Below, in pieces: positions 55,666 to 64,000 of a DNA stretch of 64,000 bases (positions within the stretch are counted from its first letter, which is position 1; the number at the start of each line of letters is the position of its first letter). The notes beneath the pieces were generated by a model. That model did not search any database, was not told the DNA's origin, and saw only the letters and a program-made list of their open reading frames with translations. The position numbers were made by a program, and so were the translations under genes. Source of the stretch: Planctomycetota bacterium (GTDB lineage Bacteria > Planctomycetota > MHYJ01 > JACQXL01); assembly GCA_016235865.1 (NCBI GenBank), contig JACRIK010000002.1, positions 7,520 through 71,519 of the forward strand. Reading direction: 5' to 3'.

Positions 55666-57276
55666 ATGATGAAAGAACGCCTTATTAGGGCATTGCCGTT
55701 GCTTTCAGGCATCCTGGCCTGGTTGTCTTATCCGCCGGCTGACATCTCCTTTCTGGCCTGGGTGGCCTACGTTCCTCTGCTTTTTTACATATCTGAAATA
55801 TCCCAGCAAACCGGTTCTTTCGGGAAACGATGGCTGGGTTTACTTTGGCCGGTCTATTTAGGCGGGGTTTTGTTCTTCATGTTAGGGCTGGTCTGGCTCA
55901 GGCACGTTAGCTGGGCCGGGCTTTTTGTCCTGCCGCTGGTGCTGTCTTTATACTGGGTGATTTTTGCCGTAGGCGGTTATTTTATAATGCGTTATTTTTC
56001 TTTTTTCTATGCGGCGTTTCTGATACCGGCCGGCTGGGTGTTCCTGGAATACCTGCGTTCATTTGTCCTGACCGGGTTTCCCTGGTTATTCGCGGGGCAT
56101 ACTCAATACCGCTGGATTTTGTTCATTCAGATAACTGATATCGCCGGAGTTTACGGAATATCCTTTGTGGTGTTGTTGGTCAATATGGTGATTTTTGTAT
56201 TAATAAAAGAACGGTTGAAGATTAAGCTTAAAACAACAGTGTTAATTGCGATTACCGTGGTTATATTTACCTGTGCTCTTTTATACGGAGCAAGCCGATT
56301 GAGCGGTTTGTTAGTCAAAGAAGGTCCGATTATCGGGATTGTCCAGGGTAATATTGAGCAGAGTTTAAAGAGTGACCCGGAAAGCGCATATGATATTTAT
56401 AATAAGCATTTTGACATGACCAATGAATTGTTGAAGTCCCAGCCCCGGCCGGATTTGGTGGTCTGGGCCGAGACGATGTTTCCTCGTATCATTGGGTTAG
56501 ATGAGGAAGGCCTTATGGTATTAAAAGATACCGTGGCTTTGTGCGGCGTGCCGATGCTGATAGGGGCCTTGACCGCCAACGAATCCCAGGTTAAAGAAAG
56601 AAAATTTGATATTTTTAACAGCGCTTATTATCTGGATGCCAACGGTGAATTGCTTAATCGTTATGATAAATCACATCTAGTGCCGATAAGTGAGTATATA
56701 CCTTTTAAGGATACAAAGGTATTCAAGGGGATTGTCCGGGCTGTTATTCTGGCGTTATCCGAACTTCCAGAGGTTTACGGGATGTTAGAGGGCACTAACT
56801 TTGAGCCGTTCCGGCTTAAGGTAAAAAGAGAAAATTCAAAGACAGATGATTATAAATATGGGGTTTTGATCTGTTACGAGAGTATCTTTCCTGAACTGGC
56901 GCGTGAGAGTGTCAAAAGAGGCGCTGATTTTATCGTTAATGTGTCTAATGACGGATGGTTCAAGAATAGTTCAGAACTGGATCAGATTTTGGCCATCTCC
57001 GCCTTCAGGGCGGTTGAGAACAAGACTACCTTTGTCCGCGCCACTAATACGGGTATTTCTGCGATTATCCAGCCATCAGGGAGGATATATGTCCTTAAGA
57101 ATAAAGATGGTAAGGTAAAAGAGGTTGAGGGAACCTGGGCAAAACCGCTGGTTATCTCGGAACAAAAAGGAACTTTTTACACCCGTTGGGGCGACTATTT
57201 CCCGTATTTATGCCTATTTATTGCAGTTATTATAATTATCTTAAAATATCTCAAAATCATTGACAAAATATATTAA
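55666..57276 (+). CDS. lnt: apolipoprotein N-acyltransferase
   Basis: TGFPW, VQGNIEQ, VWAET, YDKSHLVPISEY, LICYESIFP, NVSNDGWF, RATNTGIS. Confidence 0.96.
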   Translation: MMKERLIRALPLLSGILAWLSYPPADISFLAWVAYVPLLFYISEISQQTGSFGKRWLGLLWPVYLGGVLFFMLGLVWLRHVSWAGLFVLPLVLSLYWVIFAVGGYFIMRYFSFFYAAFLIPAGWVFLEYLRSFVLTGFPWLFAGHTQYRWILFIQITDIAGVYGISFVVLLVNMVIFVLIKERLKIKLKTTVLIAITVVIFTCALLYGASRLSGLLVKEGPIIGIVQGNIEQSLKSDPESAYDIYNKHFDMTNELLKSQPRPDLVVWAETMFPRIIGLDEEGLMVLKDTVALCGVPMLIGALTANESQVKERKFDIFNSAYYLDANGELLNRYDKSHLVPISEYIPFKDTKVFKGIVRAVILALSELPEVYGMLEGTNFEPFRLKVKRENSKTDDYKYGVLICYESIFPELARESVKRGADFIVNVSNDGWFKNSSELDQILAISAFRAVENKTTFVRATNTGISAIIQPSGRIYVLKNKDGKVKEVEGTWAKPLVISEQKGTFYTRWGDYFPYLCLFIAVIIIILKYLKIIDKIY

Positions 57277-57334
57277 CAGGGCATAATAGGGATGTTATTA
57301 TTTTCACAAAACAAGCTATAAGGAGGTATTTAAT

Positions 57335-58195
57335 ATGAGTACACTTACTCGGGTATTGATAGTGGTAATCTTTGTAATGAGTTTAATATATTTGGGAATA
57401 AGCGCGGCGCTGTTTTCCTACCGGGTTGACTATAAGGATATGCTGGAAAAAGAGAAAGTGGCGCGTAAGAAGGATGTGGAAGAAAGGGATGATGCAATAA
57501 ATAAACTTAAGGGCAAGTCCAATGATTTGGAAAAGAATATCAAGACGTTGGAGGGTAATATTAAAACCCTTAATCAGGATATGGAAACCGCTCGTAATGA
57601 ATTAACCGACTGGAAAAACAACAGCACCAAATTGACAAATGATTTAACCGCTCTTAATGCCAGTTATGAAAAACTGCAGGCATCGTTGACCGACCAGATT
57701 CAGAAGAATAAGGAACTCAATGAGACGGTGGAGAAGCTTCAGGTCACCAAGGATGAGGCGGTTAAGGAGAGGACTACAATAGAGGAGAAATTCATACAGG
57801 CCCAGAATACCATAATTCAACTGGAGAAAAACCTTGCCACCTTGGAGCAGCAATATTTAGTGCAGGCTAAAGAACTGAATCAAACCAAAACTATACTTGA
57901 TGATTATAAGAGAAAGTTCCCAACCGGTTCAATAGATGTCGTGTCGATCAAGCTGATAGAGGGGAAAATTACCGCCATCAGCGACAAGCCGGATTTAAAT
58001 ATTGTGATGGTTAGCGTTGGCAAAAACGACGGCGTAGAAGTAGGGATGAGATTTACAGTTTATAGGGCTGATAAATACGTTGCTAAGGTTCAAGTGGAAA
58101 AAGTTGAAGCCCAGTGGGCAGCCTGTTTTAGCATAAAAGAATTTCAGGCAGATACCATAAGAATCAACGATAATGTAACCACCAGCCCCTATTAA
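57335..58195 (+). CDS. membrane-anchored coiled-coil protein with C-terminal beta domain
   Basis: N-terminal TM, about 190-aa heptad region, C-terminal VMVSVGKNDGVEVGMRFTVYR. Confidence 0.8.
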   Translation: MSTLTRVLIVVIFVMSLIYLGISAALFSYRVDYKDMLEKEKVARKKDVEERDDAINKLKGKSNDLEKNIKTLEGNIKTLNQDMETARNELTDWKNNSTKLTNDLTALNASYEKLQASLTDQIQKNKELNETVEKLQVTKDEAVKERTTIEEKFIQAQNTIIQLEKNLATLEQQYLVQAKELNQTKTILDDYKRKFPTGSIDVVSIKLIEGKITAISDKPDLNIVMVSVGKNDGVEVGMRFTVYRADKYVAKVQVEKVEAQWAACFSIKEFQADTIRINDNVTTSPY

Positions 58196-58261
58196 GCGCT
58201 GCTAACGATTTTGACATAAAGTGGCGAGAGCGTGTTACAATATTTTATCCTAGAGGATTAA

Positions 58262-58741
58262 TTATATTATCATCCCGGTAATAGTGCCTTCAAAGACCAG
58301 TTTATTGTTAACAATTCCCTGTGTCTCAAAAAACGCCCTGCGGTTGTTCATGTCTGTGCATTTAATAATGATGATTAATTTATCACCAGGAATGACCGTG
58401 CCCCGGAATTTAACCTTATCAATACCGCTGAACCCGATGAATTTATCGCCCGGACTGATTCCCATAAGGCGTGAAAAAACGCTGGCCAGTTGGGCGGATG
58501 CCTCAACCATAAGAACGCCGGGTAAAAGAGGCCGGCCCGGGATATGACCGCGCACCCAAAATTCATCAGCCCGGACATTCTTTAGTCCGACAATCAATCG
58601 GTTATCCTTATCAAATTTAAGCACCGCATCAATTTGTTCCATCTCATAACGGTGGGGGATGAGTGAACGTATTTTCTCTTTGTCAAGTGCGACATTATTT
58701 ACGTCGATGGTGCCGATATCCGTCAGTAACGTTGAAGGCAT
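58262..58741 (-). CDS. fabZ: 3-hydroxyacyl-ACP dehydratase FabZ family
   Basis: LIPHRYEM, GHIPGRPLLPGVLMVEASAQ, KVKFRGTVIPGD. Confidence 0.9.
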   Translation of the reverse strand: MPSTLLTDIGTIDVNNVALDKEKIRSLIPHRYEMEQIDAVLKFDKDNRLIVGLKNVRADEFWVRGHIPGRPLLPGVLMVEASAQLASVFSRLMGISPGDKFIGFSGIDKVKFRGTVIPGDKLIIIIKCTDMNNRRAFFETQGIVNNKLVFEGTITGMII

Positions 58742-58749
58742 AATTCCTC

Positions 58750-59307
58750 CTATTGGCTGTTTTGAGTTAAATAAATCTTACGCATCTGATGGAAGAAGTC
58801 AAGATATTCCTTGGTGCAATAATCAGGATACGTCCAGGGCATGGCCTGGAATTTCTTCCCGCTGCCTTTGACCGCGCGGTATTGCAAGGTTATTTCCGCA
58901 TAGATGCCGTCTTTGAGATAGATGCGGTGCGAATAATCCTTTGTGGTCGCCAGGATGACCTTGCCGGAGGTGAGATATCCGGGATCCAGGTTCACCGGCC
59001 TGGTTACTTTCGCGCTTGCTGTTCCGGCGATTACTTCTTCTAATCGGTTGGTTTTTATTTTTATGTCGGTGATAGCATCCGGCTGGATGGCCTTTTCAAA
59101 TGACAGAAAAAACCGTTTAAGGTTATTGCCCATCTCATTGGTGTAATAATCCGTGAAAGTGAAAGGAATTCCTTGGGCAGGTGTCTTCAGGTCAATCACG
59201 CCGAAAAGTGATACCAGCTTTTCTTCAGCTATTCTGAAGAATGAAGTATTTGTTGCAAGAATGCCGATAAAGAGTTTTACCGGCGAGGGTAGCAGAATTT
59301 TCCCCAT
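58750..59307 (-). CDS. DUF4416 family protein
   Basis: PVKLFIGIL, FTDYYTNEMG, VNLDPGYL, TKDYSHRIYL, PWTYPDY. Confidence 0.88.
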   Translation of the reverse strand: MGKILLPSPVKLFIGILATNTSFFRIAEEKLVSLFGVIDLKTPAQGIPFTFTDYYTNEMGNNLKRFFLSFEKAIQPDAITDIKIKTNRLEEVIAGTASAKVTRPVNLDPGYLTSGKVILATTKDYSHRIYLKDGIYAEITLQYRAVKGSGKKFQAMPWTYPDYCTKEYLDFFHQMRKIYLTQNSQ

Positions 59308-59331
59308 AATTACTCAAGGTGGTTCCGGCGA

Positions 59332-59616
59332 TTAATTTTCCCTGTCTTTGACAGCCAGCAGAATATCCGTTATTCTTCTGGCTGTTTCAATCTGCCGTTG
59401 GGGTGTATCATAGAGGCCGTTCTGAACCAAGGCTTTTATGCGGCGAATCCTAACCTGCTTGATACGTTTGAGTTCTGATAAAGACGGGATATGCCGCTGG
59501 ATTATTGATAGGGAGTTCCTATCATTATGCGGTGTCGATAATCTGCGCCATGCCTTGTAGAAATTCTGGTGGCCGGATCTGTATGCGCGATACGACTCTT
59601 CCCTCTCTCTTCTCAT
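59332..59616 (-). CDS. small basic protein with FlgM-like C-terminal motif
   Basis: VRIRRIKALVQNGLYD resembles the FlgM R..RV..IK..I..G.Y pattern. Confidence 0.4.
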   Translation of the reverse strand: MRREREESYRAYRSGHQNFYKAWRRLSTPHNDRNSLSIIQRHIPSLSELKRIKQVRIRRIKALVQNGLYDTPQRQIETARRITDILLAVKDREN

Positions 59617-59741
59617 CTTACCCTCTCTCTCTAACTAACGCTTCATCCCTTTAGTTAGTCCTAATATATAATCGGATATTATAGAGGCAAACTTTAGAAT
59701 TTATCCGGTATTTTATTGCTTTATTACATTCAATATATAGA

Positions 59742-61244
59742 GTGATAATAATGAGCAAATTGAAGATGTCGATTCTTGTTTGTTTTGGATTACTTGTTTT
59801 TCTGAGTATAATTATTGCTCAGGAAAGCCCTAATCCCGGCGAAGAATCGGTGCCTCCTTCCAACAAGAAAGATGTTACGGATCCTGATACCATTCGTAGG
59901 TTGGAATTACACATTGCCCGGTTACGGGGATTAGAGTTCAAAAAAGATCTAAAGGTGGGCGTGAAACAGAAAGATGAATTGAAATCAAAAATGATGGAAC
60001 AGGCGGAAAAGGAACCGCCTGAGGAATACGAAAAGGTTCGTAAGGCGCTGATTAAGCTCGGTTTTGTACCGGCAGATTTAAATCTGCGTCAGTTTATGAT
60101 TGACCTCTATACCGAGCAGATAGGCGGTTTTTATGATCCACAGGAAAAGGAGTTGTACGTTGTTCCGGCAAGAGATGCTGCTTCCGAACCGCCAGATACG
60201 CTAGGTATTCCTTGGAATATGATAGCCACGATTCACGAAATGACCCATGCACTCCAGGATCAGAATTTTGATTTATTGACATTGCCAATGGAAGAGGAAA
60301 TCAATGATGATTTAGCCACCGCTGTCAAATCCTTGGTTGAAGGCGAAGCGTCTTTTGTGATGTATGATTATGCGCTTAGGCAAAGAGGTTTTGATTTGTC
60401 GTTACTTCCGGATATATCTGACAATCCTGACCCGACGCCTTTTTCGGATCGTTCATTGATTGACCGGGCTCCTCTTTACATCAAAGAGGGAATGATGTTT
60501 CCATACACCAAAGGGTTGGAATTCGTTAAATACGTCAAAGCGCGCGGTGGATGGGAAGCAATAGATGAAATATATTCCGACCTGCCGTCATCCAGTGAAC
60601 AAATCATCCATCCTGAAAAATACTTTGTAGAGCGTGATTATCCAATGGCGATCACTATCCCGGATATCACCGACGTCCTGACCACTTCCCGATGGACGCT
60701 TCTTCTGGATAATGTAATGGGTGAATTAAATATCGGTATACTTAAGAAGCAGTTTTTTCCGACCTTTAGCAGCAAGAGAATGTCCGAAGGCTGGGATGGT
60801 GATGAATTTATACTCTGGGAAGACCAAATAACCAGGAATTCCTTACTGGTTTGGTTTAGCACCTGGGATAGTGAAAAGGATTCCAGGGAATTTTTCAATG
60901 CCTACCAGAAACTGATAGCCAAGAAATATACCGGTGCTTCAGACGAATTCCCTAAGGCCCAATTGAAGAGTAAAGAAATTAATAAGGTGACTTGGAAATT
61001 GGAACGGCCGGAACTGGCTTCCGACACGAGTAAGGCCAAGATGAAAACCAACCTGATTTCATTAGAGCAAAGAGGATTAGATGTTTTGCTTATCGAGGAT
61101 ATACCAGAGGATTTATTTGGTAAGATATCTTTAACAATTTGGAACAATATGGAAAAACAGGAGCAGAAAGAAGTAAGGCGAATTACGCCGAAGAAGAAGG
61201 AAGAGAAATCAGAACGGACGGGTTCAGAGAAGGATAAGAAATGA
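59742..61244 (+). CDS. secreted putative zinc metallopeptidase (HExxH); start may be ATG 59751
   Basis: signal peptide; IGGFYDP, IHEMTHALQDQ, LVEGEA, FPYTKG, LPSSSEQIIHPEKY, EGWDGD. Confidence 0.82.
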   Translation: MIIMSKLKMSILVCFGLLVFLSIIIAQESPNPGEESVPPSNKKDVTDPDTIRRLELHIARLRGLEFKKDLKVGVKQKDELKSKMMEQAEKEPPEEYEKVRKALIKLGFVPADLNLRQFMIDLYTEQIGGFYDPQEKELYVVPARDAASEPPDTLGIPWNMIATIHEMTHALQDQNFDLLTLPMEEEINDDLATAVKSLVEGEASFVMYDYALRQRGFDLSLLPDISDNPDPTPFSDRSLIDRAPLYIKEGMMFPYTKGLEFVKYVKARGGWEAIDEIYSDLPSSSEQIIHPEKYFVERDYPMAITIPDITDVLTTSRWTLLLDNVMGELNIGILKKQFFPTFSSKRMSEGWDGDEFILWEDQITRNSLLVWFSTWDSEKDSREFFNAYQKLIAKKYTGASDEFPKAQLKSKEINKVTWKLERPELASDTSKAKMKTNLISLEQRGLDVLLIEDIPEDLFGKISLTIWNNMEKQEQKEVRRITPKKKEEKSERTGSEKDKK

Positions 61245-61681
61245 TTGGACAAGCAAAATGTGGAGATATGGTTAAGGTAAACTATATCGGAAAACTTGAT
61301 GACGGGACTATATTTTATAACTCTGATGAAAAGGGAGCTCTGCAATTCAAGGTGGGTAATGAAGAAGTTATAGTTGGTTTTGAAGATGCTATTATTGGGA
61401 TGAAAGCTGGTGAGTCAAAAATTATAAGAGTTTCGGCTGATAAGGCCTACGGCCCATTTCGTAAAGAATTAATAGCCGTGATTCCGAGAGACGAGTTTCC
61501 CAAGCATATAACGCCTGAAGTCGGGCAGATATTACAAATCACCCAGTCAGATGGGGTGCAGATATTTTTTAGAGTGACCGAGGTTTGTGATTTATCTGTA
61601 ACCGTGGACGGTAATCATCCTCTGGCCGGCAAGGACCTAACCTACGAGATTCAACTTCTTGAGATTTGTCCGGCTATGTAA
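61241..61681 (+). CDS. slyD: SlyD-like FKBP peptidyl-prolyl isomerase, no His-rich tail
   Basis: VKVNYIGKLDDG, GFEDAIIGM, KAYG, VTVDGNHPLAGKDL. Confidence 0.92.
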   Translation: MIGQAKCGDMVKVNYIGKLDDGTIFYNSDEKGALQFKVGNEEVIVGFEDAIIGMKAGESKIIRVSADKAYGPFRKELIAVIPRDEFPKHITPEVGQILQITQSDGVQIFFRVTEVCDLSVTVDGNHPLAGKDLTYEIQLLEICPAM

Positions 61682-61688
61682 TAACAAG

Positions 61689-62240
61689 TCAATTAGACCG
61701 CATGATTTTAGCATAATATATGATTTTAGCTATGTGTTCGGTAAGCGTGGCATAATGAAACGCTTCTTCTAAAGATTGTCCGGCTGAAAACAAACCGTGT
61801 CCCTTAATTAATACAGAACGGTATTTCTTCAAGAGCGGGGGAAGGTTTTTCTCAAGTTCCTTAGAGGCGGTTGCCTTCAGACATTTCAGGATAGGTATCT
61901 TTGGCAGGGCGATCATCCCTTCTACGTCTATCGGGATAATCTCTTTCCTGATTAGTGAAAATGCAATGGCTATGGGTGGATGGCAGTGTACAATGGCTTT
62001 TGAGGAAGTTGTGCGATATATTGCCCGATGGACATTGATCTCGGTTGAATCCAGATAATCATTCCAGGTATTCTCTAGGCCAGTGCGGATAATATCCCTT
62101 TTTGTAAGAAATCCCTTCATTACTCCGCGGCGGGTAATATAGATTTTATTGCCTATTTTAAGAGAAATATTCCCGCTGTGCGAGTGATTGAGTCCGCTGA
62201 CAAAGAGCGCATTGCCGATTTGCTTGAATATCTTTAACAT
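61689..62240 (-). CDS. class II aldolase/adducin family protein
   Basis: SGNIS, STEINVHRAIY, IVHCHP, LIKGHG. Confidence 0.92.
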   Translation of the reverse strand: MLKIFKQIGNALFVSGLNHSHSGNISLKIGNKIYITRRGVMKGFLTKRDIIRTGLENTWNDYLDSTEINVHRAIYRTTSSKAIVHCHPPIAIAFSLIRKEIIPIDVEGMIALPKIPILKCLKATASKELEKNLPPLLKKYRSVLIKGHGLFSAGQSLEEAFHYATLTEHIAKIIYYAKIMRSN

Positions 62241-62278
62241 TAGCGAACTCCTGAAACTTAGTTTATTAGTATCAATGG

Positions 62279-63067
62279 TTATCCTTTTAGGGTCTTATTA
62301 AATATCTCTTGCGCCTTTTTAACATCTGCCTTTTTGTGGATAATTGATTGGAGCGCTTTTGCTATTGCTACCGGATGAGCACTTTGCCAGATATTTCTTC
62401 CCAGGTTTATACCAGTGGCTCCTTGTTGCATCCCGTCATAAACGAACTCCAACACTTCCCGTTCGGTTTCACATTTCGGGCCGCCTGCTATAACCACAGG
62501 AACAGGGCATCCTTCCACTACTTTGTTAAAATCCTTACACCAATAGGTTTTGACCACCCGAGCGCCTAATTCGGCGGCAATCCGGCAACATAATGCAAGG
62601 TAACGAGCCTCCCGTTTTTCTAGTTCCTTGCCTACGGCGGTGACTGCCATTACCGGAATGCCGTATCGCTCGCAGTCATTCACAAGTGTAGCGAGATTTA
62701 AGAGCGATTCCTTTTCGTAATCGCTGCCGATGAAGACGGATATACCAACAGCTGTTGCATTCAATCTGATAATTTCCTCGATAGATGTGGTGAGTCCCTC
62801 ATTTGCCAGGTCTTTTCCCACCACGCTGGCGCCACCGGATACTCTTAATATAATAGGTTTCATCTTAACCGCATCGATGCTGGCACGCATCACGCCTCTG
62901 GTGGCAAACAGTGCATCGCAATAAGGCAAAAGCGGCTTGATGGTCTCGCTCGGTTTTTCCAGACAATGAGTGGGTCCTTGGAAATACCCGTGGTCCACGG
63001 GTAAAAAGAAACAATGGCCATCTGGTTGGATAAGTTGGCTCATCCGGTTTTTCATTCCCCAGTCCAT
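62279..63067 (-). CDS. lsrF: LsrF-like class I aldolase/thiolase
   Basis: MDWGMKNRMSQL, DHGYFQG, RVSGG, AELGARVVKTY, PVVIAGGPK, GRNIWQ. Confidence 0.92.
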   Translation of the reverse strand: MDWGMKNRMSQLIQPDGHCFFLPVDHGYFQGPTHCLEKPSETIKPLLPYCDALFATRGVMRASIDAVKMKPIILRVSGGASVVGKDLANEGLTTSIEEIIRLNATAVGISVFIGSDYEKESLLNLATLVNDCERYGIPVMAVTAVGKELEKREARYLALCCRIAAELGARVVKTYWCKDFNKVVEGCPVPVVIAGGPKCETEREVLEFVYDGMQQGATGINLGRNIWQSAHPVAIAKALQSIIHKKADVKKAQEIFNKTLKG

Positions 63068-63126
63068 ATTTTAACCCTCCTCTAAAGTAAATGCATTAAT
63101 TTAGTTGTTTCCTAAGGATAATATTT

Positions 63127-63999
63127 TTAGTTTTGCGTTTCAATAATTACTTTAATAGATTTATCCGGTTTAACGGTTAATTGGAATCCCTTAACTGTGT
63201 CTTTAAGCCCGAATCTGTGAGTAATCATGTCTTTTACAGTGATCTTTTTAGAGTTTATTAATTCCATTGCATCAAGATGGTCTTTTTCATTACCCGCATA
63301 GGAGGACGTTAAGGTTATTTCGTTACGCCAGAAGAGTTTATTTATCTGGATGCTGATTTTCTCATCGTTGGCAGGTGCGAAGAATAGAATCGTTCCGCCC
63401 CTTTCCACCGATTCGATTGCCTGTTTTACCGCGTTTGTCGCTCCGGTGCAAAGTATAACCAGGTCAGCTAAGCGGCCTTTATTATGTTTCCGTAAGATAG
63501 ATGGAACATCTCCGTCGGCTTTTATAGCAATATTTGCGCCGAATTTCTGTGCCGCGTCAAGGCGGAAATCATCTGTGTCAGTAGCGAATATCGTATCCGC
63601 ACCTGATGCCCGGGCGCATTTTATATGTAACAGACCAGCAATTCCGCTTCCTATAACGAGGATACTTTGTTGGGGTTTTAATCCGGCCTGTTTTTGCCCG
63701 CGAAGAACACAAGCCAAAGGTTCGGTAAAAGTGGCTTCTTCATAAGAAATCTTATCAGGTATTCTGAATACGCCCCTATCGACATTGATTGCCGGAATTC
63801 GGACATACTCGGCAAAGCCACCTGGATAGAAATTAGTTTGCCTTAATATGTCACAAACTGTGTGGTGGTCGTTCAGGCAGTAATGGCATGTATTACAAGG
63901 GACGTGGTGTGCGGCGACAATACGATCGCCTTTTTTATATTTGGAAACGCCCTCACCGACCTTATCGACGACACCGGCAACTTCATGTCCCAGGACTAA
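63127..63999 (-). CDS. zinc-dependent (MDR) alcohol/sugar dehydrogenase; 5'-truncated by window edge
   Basis: frame open from 63999: LGHEVAG, CNTCHYC...C, GGFAEY, EPLAC, GSGIAG. Confidence 0.93.
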   Translation of the reverse strand, partial: LVLGHEVAGVVDKVGEGVSKYKKGDRIVAAHHVPCNTCHYCLNDHHTVCDILRQTNFYPGGFAEYVRIPAINVDRGVFRIPDKISYEEATFTEPLACVLRGQKQAGLKPQQSILVIGSGIAGLLHIKCARASGADTIFATDTDDFRLDAAQKFGANIAIKADGDVPSILRKHNKGRLADLVILCTGATNAVKQAIESVERGGTILFFAPANDEKISIQINKLFWRNEITLTSSYAGNEKDHLDAMELINSKKITVKDMITHRFGLKDTVKGFQLTVKPDKSIKVIIETQN

Positions 64000-64000
64000 A

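Noticed and set aside
218-63745. Numerous antisense or alternate-frame ORFs in the track (e.g. 432-752, 1118-1645, 25174-25989, 40448-41593, 27162-27704)
   Set aside because: They overlap well-supported genes, lack motifs and SD sites, and are expected shadows of GC-rich coding sequence.
1-64000. tRNA, rRNA, riboswitch, integrase, transposase or prophage genes
   Set aside because: No recognisable T-loop/cloverleaf, rRNA sequence, riboswitch core or recombinase/phage motifs were seen; the hairpins found match REP-like families or terminators.

Overview
Bacterial chromosomal window, probably Planctomycetota/PVC (inferred from ECF sigma with a ZAS/HEAT anti-sigma, TPR-DUF1080 and FGE-like genes). 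It mixes housekeeping genes (flotillin/NfeD, acyP, rseP, dxr, asnS, iscS, trxB, smc, hutI, moeA, lnt, fabZ, slyD, lsrF) with an accessory region at about 16-54 kb rich in secreted or surface proteins. No tRNA, rRNA, CRISPR array, integrase, transposase or reverse transcriptase was found. Highlights: (1) a three-gene minor-pilin-like operon whose PilV/GspI-like subunit is 1436 aa and carries an internal six-repeat Kelch-like propeller; (2) a 4.3-kb ECF sigma/anti-sigma/flavin-barrel-lipoprotein cassette bounded by a 132-bp direct repeat of a gene 3' end; (3) several families of short palindromic REP/MITE-like elements, one with a 23/24-identical copy in frame inside the SMC head and another with TAA-GAGCCRGT...ACYGGCTC-TAA ends; (4) two consensus sigma54 promoters with upstream dyads, one driving a beta-carbonic-anhydrase-like protein lacking the Asp-Arg dyad; (5) an unannotated 56-aa Cys-rich protein behind an ArsR regulator that shares a candidate operator with it. 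All family assignments come from motifs read by eye; no database searches were run.
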